Shown piece by piece: positions 21,664 to 30,968 of a stretch of 64,000 bases of DNA. A program made the position numbers and the translations under genes. The stretch spans positions 182,747 through 246,746 of the forward strand of contig OZ244981.1 of assembly GCA_965223085.1 (NCBI GenBank). The letters are read 5' to 3'. The notes beneath the pieces are model-generated. The model saw nothing but the letters and a program-made list of their open reading frames with translations. It searched no databases and was not told the origin of the DNA. Every line of letters begins with the position of its first letter. The first letter of the stretch is position 1. This DNA comes from Gammaproteobacteria bacterium. Its GTDB lineage: Bacteria > Pseudomonadota > Gammaproteobacteria > Ga0077536.

Positions 21664-22496
21664 GCGGCTTTTGCGGCGCCGCTACTTTTCTCGCTCAAAC
21701 CAACCTCCAGCGCTTCGAACCAATCGAGAAAACGCCCGACATCGTCACCGCGAAACATGCGCCCATGCTGGGGTGCCATAATCTCGATATCTAGCGCACG
21801 TACGCGTGCAATCCAATCGTTCTTGGCGAGATTCGACGGCATCCAGCGTTTATGGAATAGCTCCATTTTCTGAACGTGGGCAGCAAAATCATCGACGAAC
21901 AAAGGACTGCCGTCAGGTTCTAAGGCGGCCCCGACATCTCCTGTCATCAAGATTTTGGCGACCGGATCGTAGACATGAAAATTTCCCGAGGAATGAAGGT
22001 AATGGGCCGGGACGAACTGCAATCTCACCGACGGCAGTGCGAGCTCCATGCCCTCATCAGGAATGCCGACGTACTCGATATTTTGACAACCAAAATGTCG
22101 CAGAAAACCTTCCCACAACCACGGTGCGTAGAGCTTCGCGTGCGGTATAGTTTTGTCCCACAGCCCCAACGAAGAAATAATGTCAGGGTCTTGATGCGAG
22201 GCGAACAAATATTTGAGTTCCGCGAAATCGCAGCAACTGGCTACGGCTGGCAACATAGCCGCAAATGTCTCTATACCGCCCGGATCGAGCAACACGTTCG
22301 CACCCCGGTCGCAAATCAGATACTGATTCGTATCGATAATTCGATCGAGCTTGTTGGGATCGCGGCCAAACGAGTACCAAGTATGTTGACCTCGATAAAC
22401 TTCGGTGCGCTGCACTAGGTTTCTCCTGTTTCTATTGTTCTGTTCACTGAATGCCGCGTAGCAAGGCAGCACATTTCGTGACGACATCGCGAACAT
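21660..22496 (-). CDS. Oxygen-binding diiron protein (ODP-like; FprA-type metallo-beta-lactamase-fold diiron domain only)
   Basis: FDP-like ligand pattern (SHQDPD, PAHYLH, MTGDVG, APQHG). N-terminal ...YLICDRGANVLLDPGG matches flavodiiron N-domains. No flavodoxin domain is present. Confidence 0.6.
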   Translation of the reverse strand: MFAMSSRNVLPCYAAFSEQNNRNRRNLVQRTEVYRGQHTWYSFGRDPNKLDRIIDTNQYLICDRGANVLLDPGGIETFAAMLPAVASCCDFAELKYLFASHQDPDIISSLGLWDKTIPHAKLYAPWLWEGFLRHFGCQNIEYVGIPDEGMELALPSVRLQFVPAHYLHSSGNFHVYDPVAKILMTGDVGAALEPDGSPLFVDDFAAHVQKMELFHKRWMPSNLAKNDWIARVRALDIEIMAPQHGRMFRGDDVGRFLDWFEALEVGLSEKSSGAAKAA

Positions 22497-23049
22497 GCTG
22501 CGCGGCTTGTTCTACGGTATCGGCGACGCTTTCGAGACTTGCTTGATAATTGCCTGCGACTGTCGCCTCTACCCGCGAACACGAAGCTACCATCGTGGCC
22601 GCACGCGCGTGGTCACTAATTGTGCTAAGCAATTCGATCAGTTGTGAGAGATTTTCCAAGGTGGTCTCGCGTGCAACGGAGTGCTGCTTTTGCAGCTCGT
22701 GCGCGACGTCGCTCAGATAAGGGGAGGGGGCCTCAATATCTGCCATGCCCCGCTCCATGCGCGTCACGCAATCGACGAACCGCTCCGCGGCGACCATATC
22801 GCGCACCGTGCGGCGAGCGTCTAGATTGACACGATCAACAAGTTCGGCCGTCTCACGGCCCATCGCATCGATAGAATCTGTAATCGGCACAAAACCAGCA
22901 GCCCGGTTACCCACACGGGCAGCGACCGCTTTCGCATTGCTGGCGGCCAGCGAGATATCGTTCGCTACTTGGCGCACGCCATTGAGTTCGGTCAGTACTG
23001 TCGCCGTACGGGAAAAAAAATCGTCGTGATTTCGCGAAGACCGTGTCAT
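22444..23049 (-). CDS. Soluble mini methyl-accepting chemotaxis-like protein (signalling-hairpin domain only)
   Basis: LNGVRQVANDISLAASNAKAVAARVGNRAAGF aligns to the MCP tip consensus (D)G..Q(T)N(IL)ALNAA(V)EAARAGEQGRGF. It is coiled-coil-like throughout and its 3' end overlaps the ODP start. Confidence 0.5.
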   Translation of the reverse strand: MTRSSRNHDDFFSRTATVLTELNGVRQVANDISLAASNAKAVAARVGNRAAGFVPITDSIDAMGRETAELVDRVNLDARRTVRDMVAAERFVDCVTRMERGMADIEAPSPYLSDVAHELQKQHSVARETTLENLSQLIELLSTISDHARAATMVASCSRVEATVAGNYQASLESVADTVEQAAQHVRDVVTKCAALLRGIQ

Positions 23050-23256
23050 GCGGAATAATGCATAGTCATAGACAACCTATATTGGCGGCACCAATCGCCA
23101 CGACTGTAGGGTATTTCGATGTCGGCGCTGACGCTCGCTGTTGCCTTGACTTTGTGCCACCGCGAGTTTTACGGTGGCGCACTGAACCTGGATTACATCG
23201 AGCTGCTGCGAACGGCACAGGACACTAGTAGAAGCTTCGAGTAGAACTTCGCAATC

Positions 23257-23970
23257 ATGCATCTCGGCGTATTAAAATGCGATGACGTACCAGACCCGTT
23301 AGCGAATGATTTCGCTGACTATCCGACGATGTTTGCGGAATTGCTGAAACCGACCGGCAGCCCAATTCAATTCTCGACTTATGACGCGCATCGCCGCGTA
23401 CTGCCGCAAAACCCCGGCGCGTGTGACGCTTATCTCGTTACCGGTTCGCGTTGCTCTGCTTTCGATGACCACGACTGGATAGCAGAACTCAGCACTTTTA
23501 TTCGCTCAGTCTACGCCTGCCGCCGACCGGTCGTCGGCATTTGCTTTGGCCACCAACTCCTTGCCATCGCCCTGGGAGGCCGCGTGGCACCCGCGAGGAC
23601 TGGTTGGGGCATCGGCCGACAAGAAACGACCATTACCGAGCAGGCAGCGTGGATGATACCGCTGCGGCAAAGCTACGCCTTATTCGTACATCACCGCGAT
23701 CAAGTTTGCGCCCTGCCAGCGCGCTCGACGCTTCATGCTGCTAACGAGCATTGCCCCATCTCGATGTTTTCGATCGACAATCTGCTGCTCGGCATACAAG
23801 GGCATCCGGAGTTCTCGGTTGCCTACGTCACCGCACTGCTCGATCTCTATGGCGAGCGCTTCGACGACGCTACGGCGCAAAAAGCGCGTGCAAGCTTCGC
23901 TTACCCGACCGATCACGATATTATCGCCTGCTGGATCGCGCGGTTTCTTAAGTTGGAACGAAACGCATGA
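23257..23970 (+). CDS. Class I glutamine amidotransferase-like protein
   Basis: VVGICFGHQLLA catalytic Cys-His region. Confidence 0.7.
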   Translation: MHLGVLKCDDVPDPLANDFADYPTMFAELLKPTGSPIQFSTYDAHRRVLPQNPGACDAYLVTGSRCSAFDDHDWIAELSTFIRSVYACRRPVVGICFGHQLLAIALGGRVAPARTGWGIGRQETTITEQAAWMIPLRQSYALFVHHRDQVCALPARSTLHAANEHCPISMFSIDNLLLGIQGHPEFSVAYVTALLDLYGERFDDATAQKARASFAYPTDHDIIACWIARFLKLERNA

Positions 23971-24539
23971 GCGGCACTGCAAAATATGACCGTCGCGCCC
24001 TGATGCGCAACAGCGGACTAGGCGCCTTAGCGTTCACGGTTGGCACGCGGGTGCAATGGTTGACACCACGACAGGCCCATGCTCGCGACGTCGCGTTCAA
24101 TCAACTCGATGCCGCAGACGCGGCGCTGCTCACGAGCTTCGGCGAGCACTTATTGCCCGGCGCCGCGAGCGCCGGGCTCACCCACTTCGTCGATCAACAA
24201 CTCGGCGTCGACCCCCAAGACTGCCTGTTAATGTGCAAATACTTTCCGCACATCAACGCGCCTTATCGGGACTTCTACCGCGACGGCCTCACCGCCTTGC
24301 GCGACGCAGCACTAGCGTTGAATTCAGCAGGATTTGATGCACTTAGTGAGACGCAAAAAAATGCGCTCACGGACAGCTTGTGGGGCGCGAGCGTCGCCGC
24401 CTGGTCCGGCCCCCCGCCGCCGTTGTTTTATATGTCCGTGCGCAGCGACGCCGTCGACGTCGTCTACGGCACGGAGCAAGGTTTTGACACCCTCAAGGTG
24501 CCGTATATGCCCCACATTCGTCCACCGCGCGCATGGTAG
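23967..24539 (+). CDS. Tat-signal small subunit of a GMC-type dehydrogenase (gluconate 2-dehydrogenase subunit-3-like)
   Basis: RRALMRNSGLGALAF twin-arginine signal. 4-bp overlap with the upstream gene and overlaps the GMC gene start. Confidence 0.65.
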   Translation: MSGTAKYDRRALMRNSGLGALAFTVGTRVQWLTPRQAHARDVAFNQLDAADAALLTSFGEHLLPGAASAGLTHFVDQQLGVDPQDCLLMCKYFPHINAPYRDFYRDGLTALRDAALALNSAGFDALSETQKNALTDSLWGASVAAWSGPPPPLFYMSVRSDAVDVVYGTEQGFDTLKVPYMPHIRPPRAW

Positions 24540-26104
24540 CCACCGACAAAGTCGATGTCGTCGTCGTCGGCGCTGGCGCAGCCGGCAGCATTTTTGCCGC
24601 GGTACTTGCCGAAGCGGGGCGCAGTGTGAGCATCTTGGAGGGCGGCAAAGCCCGTTCCTTGAGTGACCTATACAGTTCTCAAATTTGGGCGCGGCGTCTG
24701 AAATGGGGCGCGACTACGGTTGAGGAAACCGGGCAACATCCCATCTGGTATAACTTCAACGCCGGTCATGGATTCGGCGGGGCAGCCATGCATCATTACG
24801 GTGTGTGGCCGCGCTACCACGCCGAAGACATGCGCATGCGGTCCCTCTACGGCCGCGGCTTGGATTGGCCGTTTAGCTATGATGTGCTCCGCCCCTACTA
24901 CGATATAGTGCAACGCGATGTCGGGATATCCGGGGACGCGGGGGCGGAAATTTGGCGCCCTCCCGGTGATCCTTACCCGCTTCCGCCAGTTTTGATCAAT
25001 GACCACGGTCACACGCTCGCGAAAGGTTTCAAGGCCCGCGATCTTCACACGAGCCCGATCCCCATCGCGGTATTGTCGCGCCCTTACCACGGACGACCCG
25101 CGTGTATTTGGGATGGTTGGTGCGATGCCGGTTGCCCTACGGGGGCGCTGGCGAACCCCCTGACGACATATTTGCCCCGCGCACGCGCTGCCGGTGCCGC
25201 ACTACGCGCGGAAGCCCAGGTAACCCGCGTGTTAATGAGCGCGGACGGCAAGCGGGCAGTGGGCGTGGAATATGTCGATAGCCTCGGTGAGCGCCAGGTG
25301 CAGATGGCAGATGCCGTCGTGCTCGCTGCTTTCACGATCGAAAATCCGCGCATTCTACTCAACTCTACCACGACCTCGGCGCCAACAGGCGTGGCCAATT
25401 CTAGCGGCTTAGTCGGTCACTATTTGATGAGCCATGCTGCGGTCATGGTCTTCGGCATGTTTGCGCACGCCACACATTGCTATTTTGGCACTACCGGCGG
25501 TCAACTCCTGAATCAAGACGCGTTTGATAAAGAGTCCGATAAAGGTGCCTTCGGATCACGCCAATGGGAAATTGCCCTAGCCACGAAGCCGAATGATTTG
25601 CTGGGCATCGCCATGAGTCGGCCAGAGATCTATGGCGCCGCGCTGCATCGCTTCATGCACGAGGGCGCAGAACGCCTCGGCGCTATGGTCGGTGTGTGCG
25701 AAGATCAGCCCCGCCGCAGCAACCGGGTGGTGTTATCAACTCACAAGGATCGCCATGGGATGCCACTGGCACGCACAGTTTATGAATATTCAGATGATGC
25801 GCTGCGCCTGTGGAAATACGCGAGCGCAGAAGGGATCGAGATCATGAAAGCTGCGGGTGCGGTTGACGCTTGGCATGGTCCGCTCGGTGGCCAACATATT
25901 ATGGGCGGCACGATCATGGGCAACGACCCCACGCAATCCGTCGTTAACGCCCACGCTCAAGCGCACGACGTCGGGAATCTCTTTATCGGTGGTGGTGGTG
26001 TTTTTCCCACCAGTTCTTGCGTCAACTCCACGTTCACACTGCACGCCACAGCCATGATGTCGGCCCACTATTTGCGCGATCATTGGTCTGAGATAGCCTC
26101 TTAA
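24533..26104 (+). CDS. GMC-family FAD oxidoreductase (dehydrogenase flavoprotein subunit)
   Basis: N-terminal Rossmann VDVVVVGAGAAGS. C-terminal GMC region with the active-site His (HIMGGTIMGND). Confidence 0.8.
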   Translation: MVATDKVDVVVVGAGAAGSIFAAVLAEAGRSVSILEGGKARSLSDLYSSQIWARRLKWGATTVEETGQHPIWYNFNAGHGFGGAAMHHYGVWPRYHAEDMRMRSLYGRGLDWPFSYDVLRPYYDIVQRDVGISGDAGAEIWRPPGDPYPLPPVLINDHGHTLAKGFKARDLHTSPIPIAVLSRPYHGRPACIWDGWCDAGCPTGALANPLTTYLPRARAAGAALRAEAQVTRVLMSADGKRAVGVEYVDSLGERQVQMADAVVLAAFTIENPRILLNSTTTSAPTGVANSSGLVGHYLMSHAAVMVFGMFAHATHCYFGTTGGQLLNQDAFDKESDKGAFGSRQWEIALATKPNDLLGIAMSRPEIYGAALHRFMHEGAERLGAMVGVCEDQPRRSNRVVLSTHKDRHGMPLARTVYEYSDDALRLWKYASAEGIEIMKAAGAVDAWHGPLGGQHIMGGTIMGNDPTQSVVNAHAQAHDVGNLFIGGGGVFPTSSCVNSTFTLHATAMMSAHYLRDHWSEIAS

Positions 26105-26112
26105 TACCGTGC

Positions 26113-26424
26113 CTAGTCCGCGAACGCCTTCTCGACCGCCGCCCGTACCGCGTCGTGCGCATCACTCGCCAGGAAGCTGCCGTGCGCTGAGAGCAAGCTG
26201 TCGAAGCGCCATTCGAGCAGGCGATCGAAGTCTGAGCGCAACGAGCCGCCTGCCGGTGTCAACCGCATCGGGTTGATCAGCGTCAGCTCGCGCTGATGGC
26301 GAACGATGACCATGTTGCGGCTGATGCGCATGATGGGGTTCATGCGAATACTGCCGCGTACCATGAAGATATCCGCTGCGATCTCTGCGGCGGGATCGTG
26401 CGGATAGGCCGGCGGATAGCTCAT
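26113..26424 (-). CDS. Hypothetical protein (103 aa)
   Basis: Stand-alone ORF with an in-frame stop shortly upstream. No recognisable motif. Confidence 0.35.
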   Translation of the reverse strand: MSYPPAYPHDPAAEIAADIFMVRGSIRMNPIMRISRNMVIVRHQRELTLINPMRLTPAGGSLRSDFDRLLEWRFDSLLSAHGSFLASDAHDAVRAAVEKAFAD

Positions 26425-26646
26425 TCGGTCTCTCCCTATTGGCGAATAGAGTATAAACCGCCGTTTCGGTGGCTCGCGGCAATCAGTCGCTGTTTATCTA
26501 TGGCGGCACCCACGGGCGGCGGGCCGTGCCGGGTCACCCATCGGTGCCCAGCTTGGCGTCACGACCCCCGCATCCGCCCCGGCAACGGACTCACCGATCC
26601 ACTTCTCCCTGCGCTTGTCCGGACTGGTGCCGTTGGGTGTCGCCGA

Positions 26647-27519
26647 TTAACTGCTACGTATCAACTGGTTCGCAAAACCACTGAGCCAAGCTTCGACTTT
26701 GGCTGGGTTCGCGACGTCTTTCATACCAAAACCAATCAATAAGCGATCCGCGCCCGCTGCCGCCATGGCTGCAACCAGCGCGCTGTCCGGTTTGCCGAGC
26801 ACAGCGGTAATTTCGATCTCCTTCGCGTCACGGCCGATGCGCGCGCATTCGTCTGTCATTACCTTGACGATGTCGCTAAGTTGTTCTGGTGAAAAAACGC
26901 CAGGGAAGAAACCATCGCCTAAACGGGCCGCGCGCTTGGCCGCCGCCTCGCTGTGACCGCCGACGACGATGGGGACGCCCTTATCGTTGCACGGTTTCGG
27001 GTAGGATGCGACCTCTCCCCAGCCGAAATATTCGCCGTCGAAAGCTTCCATGGTACCTTTCCACAGGGCGCGCATCGCGCGTACCGTCTCGTCCGTGCGC
27101 GGCCCGCGTTCCGAGAATGGGATACCGAGGGCGTCAAATTCTTCTTCCAACCACCCGACGCCAATGCCCAACAGCAGGCGACCTCCGCACAAACGATCCA
27201 AAGTCGCGGCCTGCTTCGCGATATAAAAAGGATGGCGTTGGGGCAGAATCACCACGCCAGTGCCAAGTTTAATCGTCTTCGTTAACGCGGCCGCGTAAGC
27301 CAGCGGCAACAAAGGATCCGGTAGGGGCGTTTTTTTGGACAACGGCATTTTACCGCTGGGATCGTAAGGATAGGTTGCTTCATAACCGACCGGGATAACG
27401 ACATGTTCAACGGTCCACACGGATTCGAAACCATGTTGTTCCGCGGTGGTGACTAAATGCGCAAAAGCCTCGCCTTCGGCAAATGGCCCGATATTGGCGT
27501 AGAAGATCCCGTATTGCAT
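26647..27519 (-). CDS. Luciferase-like monooxygenase (LLM) class oxidoreductase, short subfamily
   Basis: 290 aa with the LLM TIM-barrel pattern (ESVWTVEHVV..., GIGVGWLEEEF). Confidence 0.75.
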   Translation of the reverse strand: MQYGIFYANIGPFAEGEAFAHLVTTAEQHGFESVWTVEHVVIPVGYEATYPYDPSGKMPLSKKTPLPDPLLPLAYAAALTKTIKLGTGVVILPQRHPFYIAKQAATLDRLCGGRLLLGIGVGWLEEEFDALGIPFSERGPRTDETVRAMRALWKGTMEAFDGEYFGWGEVASYPKPCNDKGVPIVVGGHSEAAAKRAARLGDGFFPGVFSPEQLSDIVKVMTDECARIGRDAKEIEITAVLGKPDSALVAAMAAAGADRLLIGFGMKDVANPAKVEAWLSGFANQLIRSS

Positions 27520-27882
27520 GAAACATACCTCTGGTCCATGGGGGTAAATTGAGGGTAACGCATTACTTTGACCGTTTCATTGCGTGATCTTCGACACGGC
27601 GCAATGGCTGATCCTGCCGCTGAAGACTTCCGACACCGGCGTTTGGCGCGGCGTCAGGCCAAGCAATGCGCATGACGCTTAGTTCGCAAGGAAGGATAAG
27701 CGGACATTCCGCTTTTTTTCGCGCCTTTCGTAATTTCATAGGAAATGTGGAATGCGCCCTTTATCCCCCGCCCGTTGTTGCTCCCGCCTGGTTGGTGGGC
27801 GCCAACATAACGCGGCATTCTCGTCGGCCATGTCACATTCGGGCCGGGTCGTTCGCATCAATAAAGCCTTAGAGGAGAATAA

Positions 27883-28590
27883 ATTTGTCTTTACGCTCAA
27901 ATAATACGGCCGCTATCTGGTCGGGGAAATACGAGTTACGAACTGCTACTCCGGTTAACAGATGGCGATGAAATCATTGCCCCCAGCATTTTTTTAGCTG
28001 CAACGGAACGATACAACTTAATGCCAAAGCTCAATCGTTGGGTCGTACACTCTGCTTTTCAGCATTTCAAGGAAAATCCTGATTTTCTTGCAGTCAATTT
28101 CCGTTCAATGAATCTATCGGGTCAGTCCGTGGTCGAACCCGAATTCTTGGATTACATGATTACCCAATTCGGTGAATTCGATATTGATCCATCGAAAATT
28201 TGTTTTGAATTAACTGAAACAGCCGCCATATCCAACTTGGGTAGGGCTATTAAGCTCATTTCCACACTGAAGGGTTTCGGTTGCTCGTTTTCTTTAGACG
28301 ATTTCGGCAGCGGTTTTTCGTCTTTTGCATATTTGAAAAACTTACCGGTCGATTATCTAAAAATAGACGGTCTATTTGTGCGCGACATATTAGAAGATCC
28401 GGTCGATTTAGCGATGGTGAAATGCATCAAAGAGATCAGCCAACTGACGGGCATGAAAACTATCGCCGAGTTCGTGGAAAACGAAGAAATCAGAGACGCG
28501 CTCAAAAGCATGGGGATTGACGATGTCCAAGGGTATGGAGTCGGCAGACCCGCACTCTCAACGCGGCTCTTGCACGATCGCGTAGCCTAG
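27883..28590 (+). CDS. EAL-domain (c-di-GMP phosphodiesterase) protein with no conventional start codon. It may be a remnant of a truncated or frameshifted gene
   Basis: The full EAL core (YELLLRL, ELTE, DDFGSG, EFVENEE) reads in frame from just after a TAA at 27880. The first in-frame ATG/GTG/TTG is the ATG at 28021, which lies inside the domain. GAGGAG sits at 27872. Confidence 0.5.
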   Translation: MCLYAQIIRPLSGRGNTSYELLLRLTDGDEIIAPSIFLAATERYNLMPKLNRWVVHSAFQHFKENPDFLAVNFRSMNLSGQSVVEPEFLDYMITQFGEFDIDPSKICFELTETAAISNLGRAIKLISTLKGFGCSFSLDDFGSGFSSFAYLKNLPVDYLKIDGLFVRDILEDPVDLAMVKCIKEISQLTGMKTIAEFVENEEIRDALKSMGIDDVQGYGVGRPALSTRLLHDRVA

Positions 28591-28712
28591 TAAAACGATT
28601 GTAAGCTGGCATTGGGCCAGCTAAACACGGAACCGGCCACCAGCGACGACTAAGAGAACCGGCAGCAGCGGCGCAGTACCGAGATAGATACGAATGCTCA
28701 TACTGGCCGTAG

Positions 28713-28937
28713 TTAGTGCGCTAAGGTGCAGTCTTCCACTTGGATGGCGCCGGCTGGGCAGTTGTGCGCGGCTTGCTTGGCGGCCTCGACCTCGGCACCT
28801 TCAGCCTCGTCTTTGACAAGCACTACGGTGCCATCCGAATCGTCTTGATCAAAAATTTCTGGGGCTGCTAACACGCAGTTGCCGGATGCAATGCATCGCT
28901 TGCGATCGACGTGGATAATCGTGTTGGAGCGTGACAT
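28713..28937 (-). CDS. 3Fe-4S/4Fe-4S-type ferredoxin (P450 redox partner)
   Basis: 74 aa with a CIASGNC...CP cysteine pattern. Lies immediately 3' of a P450 gene. Confidence 0.8.
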   Translation of the reverse strand: MSRSNTIIHVDRKRCIASGNCVLAAPEIFDQDDSDGTVVLVKDEAEGAEVEAAKQAAHNCPAGAIQVEDCTLAH

Positions 28938-28940
28938 CGT

Positions 28941-30146
28941 TTACCACCGAACAGGCATCGCATAGATGCCATAGATCTGACTATCGTCTTTGAATCGTAT
29001 CTCGATCACCGGCACGGCGAGTTCAAGCGTCGGGATGCGCTGGAACAAAGCAGGAAAAACGGTGCGCAGTTCGAAACGGGCGAGCATTTGACCGAGACAT
29101 TGGTGAATACCATAACCAAATGCGCAGTGATTGCCCGCATTGCGCCGGACGTCGAAGCGATCGGGATCCTGAAACATCGTCGGATCGCGATTAGCAGCCG
29201 GTGTAAGTCCGAACACGCCCTCTCCTTTTTTGATCACGATCCCGTCGATCTCCACATCTTCGAGTGCCACCCGTCGCGGTGCAAATTGAACGGGGCTTAA
29301 ATAGCGCAGCAATTCTTCGACAGCAGCGTCGATCAGGGACCAGTCGTGGCGCAATGCGGTGAGTTGAGCAGGCGTTTGCAATAACAGCAAGGTGCCGAGC
29401 GCAATCATATTCGCGGTCGTATCGTGACCCGCGCGCAGCAACATAGCGCCGATGTGCGCGAATTCCTCCACCGAGAGCTTGCCGGGTTTGACGTATTCAT
29501 CGACGATCCGAGAGATCATATCGTTACCGGGTCGCCGTATTTTTTTTGCGATGAGTTGGGCCGCGTATTCGACCAGGGCTTGCGCACTAGTGCGGGCTTG
29601 CTCGGGCGTTTGCGAAAGGCCGTGTCGTCCGGCGGCACAAGCCATAATGAACTCGTGATCCTCGTAAGGAGAACCGAATAGATCGCACATCACCAATGCG
29701 GGAAACTTTTGCGCGAGAGCCGTGATGAAATCGACGGGAGGTGAACATGACAACATGTCGTCGATAAGCTCGTTTGTGATTTGCTCAATGCGCGGCTTTA
29801 ACGCCAACATGCGTTTAACCGTGAATTCACCGCTTAACATGCGTCGGTAATGATCATGTTGCGGATTATCCATGCCGACGAAGGCTCTCTCCTGCTTATC
29901 TATAGCAACGCGAGCCTCCGTCACCGCTGGAAAATCAGCGCGACCGAACTCGCCACTAAAGCGAGGATCGAGCACAACTGCCCGCAGGTGGCCATAGCGG
30001 GTCAACAAGTACGCACGCCGACCGTCCCACAACGTAACCGGGAAAATCGGTCGTGATTCGCGCGCTCGTGCGTACAACAACGGTGGATCGAAAGCGCGCT
30101 CCCGCTTAAACGGGAACTGCGGGGCATCGGGTAGAGATTTACTCAT
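28941..30146 (-). CDS. Cytochrome P450
   Basis: FGYGIHQCLGQMLARFE heme loop; EELLRY. Confidence 0.88.
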   Translation of the reverse strand: MSKSLPDAPQFPFKRERAFDPPLLYARARESRPIFPVTLWDGRRAYLLTRYGHLRAVVLDPRFSGEFGRADFPAVTEARVAIDKQERAFVGMDNPQHDHYRRMLSGEFTVKRMLALKPRIEQITNELIDDMLSCSPPVDFITALAQKFPALVMCDLFGSPYEDHEFIMACAAGRHGLSQTPEQARTSAQALVEYAAQLIAKKIRRPGNDMISRIVDEYVKPGKLSVEEFAHIGAMLLRAGHDTTANMIALGTLLLLQTPAQLTALRHDWSLIDAAVEELLRYLSPVQFAPRRVALEDVEIDGIVIKKGEGVFGLTPAANRDPTMFQDPDRFDVRRNAGNHCAFGYGIHQCLGQMLARFELRTVFPALFQRIPTLELAVPVIEIRFKDDSQIYGIYAMPVRW

Positions 30147-30176
30147 GTGCTAACACGTAGTCGCTGGCCTGCGGCA

Positions 30177-30929
30177 CTACCAATTACCGCTGATGGTAGC
30201 GCCGCCGTCAACAACGACAGACTGGCCCGTGACGTAACTCGCCGCTGGTGACAACAGGAAGCCGACAACTTCGGCAACTTCCCGCGGTTCGCCTAAGCGT
30301 GCCAGGGGGATGGCGTTGTGCAGCGCAGTGAGCTCGGAACGGCCTGTCGCGATGTTTTCGCGAACCAGGCGCGTATTGATGAACCCCGGCACGACCGCAT
30401 TGACCCGGATCCCCGCGGGGGCCCACTCCACCGCGAGGCTACGCGTCAGCGATTCGATCGCGCCCTTGGCGGCGGAGTAAGCGCCACGCTGCACACGGCC
30501 GACGCGTGCGGCGATCGAGGAGAAATTGACCACCGCACCGCGACCGACTTGCAACAGCGGGAAACTCGCGCGACACAAGCGCACTACGCCGCCGACGTGA
30601 ACGTCGATCAGCGCCCGCCATACATCATCATCTATCTCCGCAACAGCTTGGTGATGATTATATCCCGCGGTGTTGACGAGTGCGTCGAGACGCCCGTGCT
30701 TATCGCGCACACGGTTAATGACCGTATCAACCGCTGCCGTATCGGTAACATCCAAGGCAATGCGGACATGTTCGAAGTCGGCATCTTCGCTAGCATCGCG
30801 TGCAAGGTCTAGATCACCGACGATCACGTGCCAACCCGCAACATGCAGGGTTTTCGCAACGGCCAAACCAATACCGCGCGCGCCACCGGTAATCAACGCT
30901 ACTGGTTCACTTTCGGATTCGACATCCAT
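30177..30929 (-). CDS. SDR-family oxidoreductase
   Basis: TGGARGIG; YSAAK catalytic motif. Confidence 0.8.
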   Translation of the reverse strand: MDVESESEPVALITGGARGIGLAVAKTLHVAGWHVIVGDLDLARDASEDADFEHVRIALDVTDTAAVDTVINRVRDKHGRLDALVNTAGYNHHQAVAEIDDDVWRALIDVHVGGVVRLCRASFPLLQVGRGAVVNFSSIAARVGRVQRGAYSAAKGAIESLTRSLAVEWAPAGIRVNAVVPGFINTRLVRENIATGRSELTALHNAIPLARLGEPREVAEVVGFLLSPAASYVTGQSVVVDGGATISGNW

Positions 30930-30968
30930 AGCATGGGCTTCAAATCTACAAATAGTTTATCCTAAACT

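Noticed and set aside
26162-26482. 106-aa ORF overlapping the 103-aa hypothetical in another frame
   Set aside because: Low-complexity Arg/His/Pro-rich translation typical of an out-of-frame GC-rich reading. The alternative frame (26113..26424) has a more protein-like composition.
27520-27880. Possible upstream GGDEF or sensor portion of the EAL gene
   Set aside because: No frame in this interval shows GGDEF, PAS or other domain-like sequence. Only short spurious ORFs are present (27654..27836, 27666..27872).
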